Source: Bdellovibrionales bacterium
GTDB taxonomy: Bacteria > Bdellovibrionota > UBA1018 > CAIMNF01
Direction of reading: 5' to 3'
DNA: 64,000 nucleotides
Assembly (NCBI GenBank): GCA_040380025.1
Contig: JBEIJY010000004.1
Coordinates: 1-64,000, forward strand
Numbering within the stretch: the first letter of the stretch is position 1; the number at the start of each line of letters is the position of its first letter. Shown here piece by piece: positions 58,428-64,000 of this stretch. A program made the position numbers and the translations under genes. The notes below the pieces were generated by a model. The model made no database searches. It was not told the DNA's origin and saw nothing but the letters and a program-made list of their open reading frames with translations.

Positions 58428-59759
58428 TCACTTCTCGAACACCGGCGGGACTCCGGTGATCCGGGCGGACTCCGCGCGGATCCGGGCCATCGCCTCGCGC
58501 CCCCGCGGTTTTTTTCCGAGCACCAGAATTGAAGGATCCGAACCGCGAATCCACTCCTGCACTACCTTTGCCGTGTCTGCCACCCGGATCTTCGAGACGG
58601 CCTGATGGTAGCCTTTCAGCGTCACCCCTCGTTTGAAGAACAGCTCGGAGGTCGAGATCGCCATCATGCGGGACTCGGAGCTTTCGAGCGAGAGCTCGAA
58701 AGAATAAATCAGGCTGTCTTTGATCCGCTTCAGGTCCTTGGTCGGGATCCCGGCGCGCGCCACACGGGCGAGCTCGGAGTGGAACACGCGAATGGCATCG
58801 AGTGCGTTCTCGGTCCGGACTCCGGCGTAAATCGTGAACACGGCGGTGTCGAGGAACTGGATCGAGTTCGCATACACCGTGTAAGCCCAGCCCTTTTTTT
58901 CGCGGATCTCGTCGAACAGGACCGAACTCATGCCGCCGCCCAGATACTGCTGGACCATCGTCGAGATCACGCGCTCTTTTTGATTGCGAAGGGGCGTATG
59001 GAGCCCGTACACCACGTGGGCCTGTTCGGCGTCCTGATCGACCCACCACAAACCGGGGGTCGTGCTCTCGGGCGGGTTCACTCCCCATGCGGGCTTCAGG
59101 CCCGAAGGATTCCCCCGGCCCGGCCAATGGAATTCTCCGATCAGGGCGAATTCCCGTTTCGCCCGCTCAAACCCGATGTCGCCCGAAACGGCGATGACCA
59201 TATTCTCGGGCCGGTACTGCTGATGAAAAAACCGGAGCACTTTCTCGCGGTCCAAGGACTCCACGCTCTCGACGGTTCCGAGAATGTTCCGTCCGAGCGG
59301 GTGTTTGCCGAAGGTTTTTTCGAGAAACCGGTCGAAGGCGTCTTCTTCGGGGTTTTCGCGGGTCATCGCGATCTCCTGAATCACCACCTGCCGCTCGCGC
59401 TCGATTTCTTTTTTTGCGAAGAGCGGCTTGAAGAGGATTTCTTTCAGCAACGAGGCGCCGAGCGCCGTCTCTTGCCGGGGCAGATAAAAATGAAAACAAG
59501 TGTGTTCGCGCGAGGTGAAGGCATTGAAGTCGCCTCCCACCCGATCGACCGCCTTCGAGATCTCGGTCGCGCCGCGGCGCTCACTGCCCTTGAAGATCAT
59601 GTGCTCCAAGAAATGGCACATCCCGGCAGAGTCCGGGTCTTCGTACCGGGTGCCGGTCTTGACCCAGGCGCCGATCGCGATCGAACGGAGCTCTCGCGCC
59701 TCGTCGACGATGAGAGTTAAACCATTCGAATAGATATGTTTTTTCGCTTCCCGGCGCAT
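58428..59759 (-). CDS. M16 (pitrilysin-family) peptidase
   Basis: HFLEHMIFKG, NAFTSRE and GGGMSSVLFDEIREK. Confidence 0.93.
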   Translation of the reverse strand: MRREAKKHIYSNGLTLIVDEARELRSIAIGAWVKTGTRYEDPDSAGMCHFLEHMIFKGSERRGATEISKAVDRVGGDFNAFTSREHTCFHFYLPRQETALGASLLKEILFKPLFAKKEIERERQVVIQEIAMTRENPEEDAFDRFLEKTFGKHPLGRNILGTVESVESLDREKVLRFFHQQYRPENMVIAVSGDIGFERAKREFALIGEFHWPGRGNPSGLKPAWGVNPPESTTPGLWWVDQDAEQAHVVYGLHTPLRNQKERVISTMVQQYLGGGMSSVLFDEIREKKGWAYTVYANSIQFLDTAVFTIYAGVRTENALDAIRVFHSELARVARAGIPTKDLKRIKDSLIYSFELSLESSESRMMAISTSELFFKRGVTLKGYHQAVSKIRVADTAKVVQEWIRGSDPSILVLGKKPRGREAMARIRAESARITGVPPVFEK

Positions 59760-59809
59760 TCAACTTTCCACTATCTATGATATCCTCCGGTCCGCAACAG
59801 GAAAAACCG

Positions 59810-60787
59810 ATGGCGAAACGCCCGAAGCCAAAATCTCCTCCAGAATCCGCACCTTCCGCCCCGGCGGACCACTCCGCCGAAGGCGCTTTGCCTGTCGTAT
59901 ATAATCCCTATGACCCGACCGTCCTCGAGGGCGCGTCGAAAACGCTCATTCCGAGCGACCCGCTCAAGCGCTACCTTGCCGAGATCCGGAACTCCCCCGT
60001 GCTGACCGCCGAGCAGGAGCAAGCCCTGGCAATCCGGATGCGCGACCAGGGCGACCTGGTCGCGGCGAAGCTTCTGGTTTCGGCGAATCTCAAGAACGTG
60101 GTCCGGATCGCCTACGAATACCGCTCGATGTACCACAACCTGCTCGACCTGATTCAAGAGGGGAACATCGGGCTCATGCGGGCGGTCTCGAAGTTCGACC
60201 CCGAAAAGGGCGTGCGTCTGGGCTATTACGCCACTTGGTGGATTCGCTCCTATATTTTGAAGTACCTGCTCGATAACTTCAGGCTCGTGCGGGTGGGTAC
60301 CTCGCACGCGCAAAAAAAGCTCTTTTACCACCTGATGCGCGAGAAACAGCGCCTTGAGGCGCAGGGAATCCGCGCGGCACCGGCGCTTCTGGCGCAGAAC
60401 CTCGACGTGAAAGAAAAAGACGTGATCGAGATGGAGCAGCGGCTCCTCTCGTCGGGCGCGGAGGTTTCGATCGACGCGCCGGCCCCGGGCCACCCGGACG
60501 AACCGAATACGGCTTTGTTGAATTCCCTTTTTGACTCAAGCGAAGCGACTGACTCGGTGTTGGAGCGGGATGAGCTCCTTCGGATCCTCTCGCGCGAGCT
60601 CCCGAAGTTCACCTCGGAGCTGAACGAAAAAGAAAAAATGGTCCTGAACGCCCGCCTGCTCTCGGAAGAGCCGAAGACTCTGCAAGAGGTGGCCGACGAA
60701 TTCGGACTGACCCGCGAGCGGGTCCGGCAGATCGAGGCCCGTCTGATCGAAAAGCTCAAGAAGCGCCTTGAGCCGTTTTTGGGGTGA
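59810..60787 (+). CDS. rpoH: RpoH-like sigma-70 family factor
   Basis: DLIQEGNIGLM, WWIR, QKKLFYHL (RpoH-box-like) and LTRERVRQIE. Confidence 0.8.
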   Translation: MAKRPKPKSPPESAPSAPADHSAEGALPVVYNPYDPTVLEGASKTLIPSDPLKRYLAEIRNSPVLTAEQEQALAIRMRDQGDLVAAKLLVSANLKNVVRIAYEYRSMYHNLLDLIQEGNIGLMRAVSKFDPEKGVRLGYYATWWIRSYILKYLLDNFRLVRVGTSHAQKKLFYHLMREKQRLEAQGIRAAPALLAQNLDVKEKDVIEMEQRLLSSGAEVSIDAPAPGHPDEPNTALLNSLFDSSEATDSVLERDELLRILSRELPKFTSELNEKEKMVLNARLLSEEPKTLQEVADEFGLTRERVRQIEARLIEKLKKRLEPFLG

Positions 60788-61927
60788 TCAACCTCCGAAG
60801 ATCGCCTTCAGAGCACGGGGTAGATCCAACACCTCCACCTCGTCCCATCGCTGGGTGCGAGTCCCCAGGAACACCACGAGCGGATGAGTTTTTTTTCCGT
60901 GATACTCAGTGAAGCTCCGCAGTCCCCGCAAATCCCCCGAATCCAGGTTGGCTGAAGCCTTGATTTCGATGGCAAAAACCCGGTCGTCGATTTCGACGAT
61001 CAAATTCACCTCGGCTCCGGCCTCCGTCCGGTATCCCGAAATCCGGATGTCCCGATCCAGAGCATCTGCGGTGGCCCGAATGGACTGAAGCACAAGGTGT
61101 TCGAACAGAGCACCGATCCGATCCGGGGATACGGCGAAATTCGACAAGGCCCCGTTCAGCACTCCCGCATCGAAAAAGAAATACCTCGGATGCTGGATGA
61201 GCCTGCGCTTGGAACTTTTCGCGAACGGACCGATCGGGTGGACGACCAGAGTGTCGCAAAGGATTTCGAAATAGCGTTGGGCCGAAACCCGCTGGATCAT
61301 CGCTTGGGATGCGAATTTCGTGAAGTCCATCCACTCCCCCGACCGTGCGGCGCAGACCTCGAAAAAACGAGAAAACCCCTCGATGTTCCGGGTAAGGGCT
61401 TCGGCCTGGACCTCCTCTTTCAGATAGGTGGCCGCATAACTCCGGAGCATCTTCTCGGTTTCCTTCTGCGAGTCGCCGAGATACGCCCCAGGCAGAAGAC
61501 CGATCTGCAGGGCTTTCCGGACGTCGAACCGGTCACCGATCTCGAGTGGCGACAGAGGCCCCATCGCGAAACTCAAAATCCGGCCGGGAAGAAGATTCGC
61601 TTGCCCTCGCCGAAGCTTTCGCGCACTCGATCCGGTCAGAAAAAACTTGAGGGACCTCTCATGGTCGATCAGGGACTGGACGGTGTTCAAAAGTGAGGGG
61701 ATGCGCTGAATCTCGTCGATGAAAATCGTTTTATGACCTGAAACCTCACGTCGCAGAAGCCCCGGATCCTTCAGGTGGGCGAGGAACACCTCTTGGTCCG
61801 CAAGGTCGATCTCGAGATCCGGCCCGAGGCTTCGGATCAAGGTCGACTTTCCGGTCTGCCGGGCGCCGAGCAGTAAAATGGATTTCCTTGATTCCTTCAA
61901 TTCCGGAGCAATGAGTCTCTGAATCAC
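60788..61927 (-). CDS. AAA_14 ATPase with DUF4143 domain
   Basis: GARQTGKS, IDEIQ, TGSS, YFFDAG and AIEIK. Confidence 0.9.
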   Translation of the reverse strand: MIQRLIAPELKESRKSILLLGARQTGKSTLIRSLGPDLEIDLADQEVFLAHLKDPGLLRREVSGHKTIFIDEIQRIPSLLNTVQSLIDHERSLKFFLTGSSARKLRRGQANLLPGRILSFAMGPLSPLEIGDRFDVRKALQIGLLPGAYLGDSQKETEKMLRSYAATYLKEEVQAEALTRNIEGFSRFFEVCAARSGEWMDFTKFASQAMIQRVSAQRYFEILCDTLVVHPIGPFAKSSKRRLIQHPRYFFFDAGVLNGALSNFAVSPDRIGALFEHLVLQSIRATADALDRDIRISGYRTEAGAEVNLIVEIDDRVFAIEIKASANLDSGDLRGLRSFTEYHGKKTHPLVVFLGTRTQRWDEVEVLDLPRALKAIFGG

Positions 61928-61931
61928 GATA

Positions 61932-61958
61932 TGTTCATTTTACGACGTAATTTGAACA
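61932..61958. promoter_or_regulatory. Palindromic operator-like site overlapping a -10 element
   Basis: TGTTCA-tt-TTACG-a-CGTAA-tt-TGAACA; minus-strand TAAAAT at 61942-61937. Confidence 0.55.
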
Positions 61959-62189
61959 CGATCAAACAAAACCGCTCGATCGCACCGTCTCACCTGCAAT
62001 CCCATTCCCATCCGCCTCCCCGCTTGGTCCCCCTCCCCCCGAGATCGCTCTTTACAGGGTTTCCCGGCCTGTGGTAAGCCTTACCGGACTAAATCATACG
62101 AAACCAAGCCGGGGCCCGGAGTCAGGTGATCCTAAAAACAGGTGATTTTGATTCGCTCCGGAGAAGTACAGTTAAGGAAACCACTCGAC

Positions 62190-62480
62190 ATGCAAATGGG
62201 CAAAGCTCGTAAAACGCAAATCAAAGCCAAAACGGCCAACCTGGTCCAGACCTTCGGAGCCCAAAGCTCGAACTCCGGTTCGACCGAAGTTCAAATCGCC
62301 CTGATCACCGACCGGATCAACTCGCTGAACCCCCACTTTCAAAAACACGCAAAAGACCACTCCTCGCGCCTCGGGCTCCTGAAGCTCGTCGGTCAGCGTC
62401 GTCGTCTTCTGAACTACCTGAAGTCCCGGGACGAAGCCGGTTACAACCAGCTCCTCGCCAAACTCGAACTCAGAAAATAA
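62190..62480 (+). CDS. rpsO: 30S ribosomal protein S15
   Basis: GSTEVQIALIT and KDHSSRLGLLKLVGQRRRLLNYL. Confidence 0.97.
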   Translation: MQMGKARKTQIKAKTANLVQTFGAQSSNSGSTEVQIALITDRINSLNPHFQKHAKDHSSRLGLLKLVGQRRRLLNYLKSRDEAGYNQLLAKLELRK

Positions 62481-62487
62481 TTCTTTC

Positions 62488-62560
62488 ACTGCGAAGCATG
62501 CACTTTTCCGGTTCCCGCGGAAGCGGAAAAGTGCGCAAAATGCTTCGCAGTTTTGTTTTT
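62488..62560 (+). terminator. Long hairpin plus U-tract between rpsO and pnp (terminator and/or RNase III site)
   Basis: ACTGCGAAGCAT..GCACTTTTCCG pairs with CGGAAAAGTGC..ATGCTTCGCAGT, followed by TTTGTTTTT. Confidence 0.75.
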
Positions 62561-62630
62561 AAAACCCGATCGGAAGTCCGGGATGGCTTCCGTGTCTGAC
62601 TTTTCATATCCCAGATAAAGGACATCAATC

Positions 62631-64000
62631 ATGATGAACATCAAAACAGTGAGCACCACCCTCGGTGGCAAGCCGCTGACCCTCGAAACAGGAAGAATGG
62701 CCAAGCAGGCCGACGCTTCGGTGCTCGTTCACTACGGCGACACCCGCGTTCTTGTGACCGCCGTATCGAACAAAGAACCGAAAGCCGGAATCGACTTCAT
62801 GCCTCTGACCGTGGAGTTCGCCGAGCGGTTCTATGCCGCAGGAAAAATCCCCGGAAGCTTCTTGAAGCGCGAAGGACGCCCCTCGTCCGAGTCGACACTG
62901 GCCGCGCGCCTGATCGACCGCCCGATCCGCCCGCTGTTCCCCGAAGGCTACTACTACGAAACCCAGGTGATCGCGACCGTGCTTTCGGTCGATCACGAAG
63001 CCGATGCCGAAATCGCGGCCTCGATCGGAGCGGGAGCCGCTCTTCATATCTCTGACATTCCCTTCAACGGTCCGACCGCGGCAGTCCGCGTGGGCCGCAT
63101 CAATGGCGAGTACATCGTGAATCCGAGCTGGCATCAGCTCCAAGACGAGTGCGAGCTCGAGATCGTGGTCGCCGGAACGAAAAACGCGATCATGATGGTC
63201 GAAGGCGGAGCCCAGGAAGTTCCCGAGGCCGACTGCCTGACTGCGATCCTGAAGGGTCATGACGAAGTGAAGAAGCTTTGCGACCTGATCGAAGAGCTTC
63301 GCAAGGCGGCCGGAAAGCCGAAGCGCGAGTTCTCTCCGCTCGTCACCCCGGCCGAGCTCATGAAGCAGGTCGAGGCGATCGCGAAAGATCCCCTGAACAA
63401 AGCACTTCGCACCAAAGAAAAACAAGTGCGCTACACGCTGGTCCGCGAAGCCAAAAAAGCGACCATCGAGGCACTCGTGCCGGCATCGCTCAAGGAATCC
63501 GACCCGAAGGCCGCAGACGCGAAAGAAAAAGAAGTGAAGCGTCTGGTGGAGCTTCTTCAGTACAACCTGATGCGCGAGATGATCCTGGCCGAAAAAATCC
63601 GGATCGACGGACGCGATACCAAGACCATCCGCCCGATCACGGTCGAAGCGGGAATCCTGCCGCGCGCCCACGGTTCCTCGCTGTTCACCCGCGGTGAAAC
63701 GCAGGTTCTCTCGGTCACGACCCTCGGAACCGCCGATGACGAGCAGATCATCGACAGCATGTACCAGAACTCCATGGGCAAGTTCATGCTCCACTACAAC
63801 TTCCCTCCGTACAGCGTTGGTGAAGCCGGCCGCTTCGGCGGTCAGTCCCGCCGCGAAATCGGCCACGGAGCCCTTGCGGAGCGCTCGATCCAGGCGATCA
63901 TGCCTCCTCACGACAAATTCCCGTACACCGTACGGATCGTGTGCGAGACCCTCGAGTCGAACGGTTCGTCGTCGATGGGTTCGGTATGCTCGGCTTCGAT
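62631..64000 (+). CDS. pnp: Polyribonucleotide nucleotidyltransferase (runs off the window)
   Basis: Manual translation gives [39 protein letters not shown] and LESNGSSSM. Confidence 0.97.
   Translation, partial: MMNIKTVSTTLGGKPLTLETGRMAKQADASVLVHYGDTRVLVTAVSNKEPKAGIDFMPLTVEFAERFYAAGKIPGSFLKREGRPSSESTLAARLIDRPIRPLFPEGYYYETQVIATVLSVDHEADAEIAASIGAGAALHISDIPFNGPTAAVRVGRINGEYIVNPSWHQLQDECELEIVVAGTKNAIMMVEGGAQEVPEADCLTAILKGHDEVKKLCDLIEELRKAAGKPKREFSPLVTPAELMKQVEAIAKDPLNKALRTKEKQVRYTLVREAKKATIEALVPASLKESDPKAADAKEKEVKRLVELLQYNLMREMILAEKIRIDGRDTKTIRPITVEAGILPRAHGSSLFTRGETQVLSVTTLGTADDEQIIDSMYQNSMGKFMLHYNFPPYSVGEAGRFGGQSRREIGHGALAERSIQAIMPPHDKFPYTVRIVCETLESNGSSSMGSVCSAS

Overview
This is a GC-rich bacterial chromosomal segment. 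Gene content suggests a Bdellovibrionota/Oligoflexia-like organism, but that is an inference and was not tested. 1-9 kb is an accessory or defence-like patch: an IS21-type terminus cutting a sensor kinase, a DUF2075 helicase-MazG-GNAT operon, a chaperone-like/ADP-ribosylglycohydrolase/HNH operon, and an SBD-HNH nuclease. 11.7-21.6 kb holds the best candidate new system: a WYL regulator with two TGAC-N7-GTCA operator-like sites facing an LPP20-like lipoprotein and a PEGA/beta-barrel envelope gene, next to an AddAB-like helicase-nuclease pair and an orphan Phd/YefM gene. The rest is mostly housekeeping (rarA, mltD-like, murJ, tatA, hpt, tRNA-Ser, pnuC, thiN, ABC exporter, rsmI, tgt, rdgB, ridA, maeB, M16 peptidase, rpoH-like, rpsO, pnp). 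It contains several oddities: a biotin carboxylase-BCCP protein that appears catalytically dead, a Tgt-MnmD fusion, a hairpin-less periplasmic adaptor, loop-deleted Hpt and RarA, and a structured 33.8-34.3 kb intergenic region with a 6S-like RNA rod and a convergent small transcript. All calls come from reading motifs by eye; no database searches were run.
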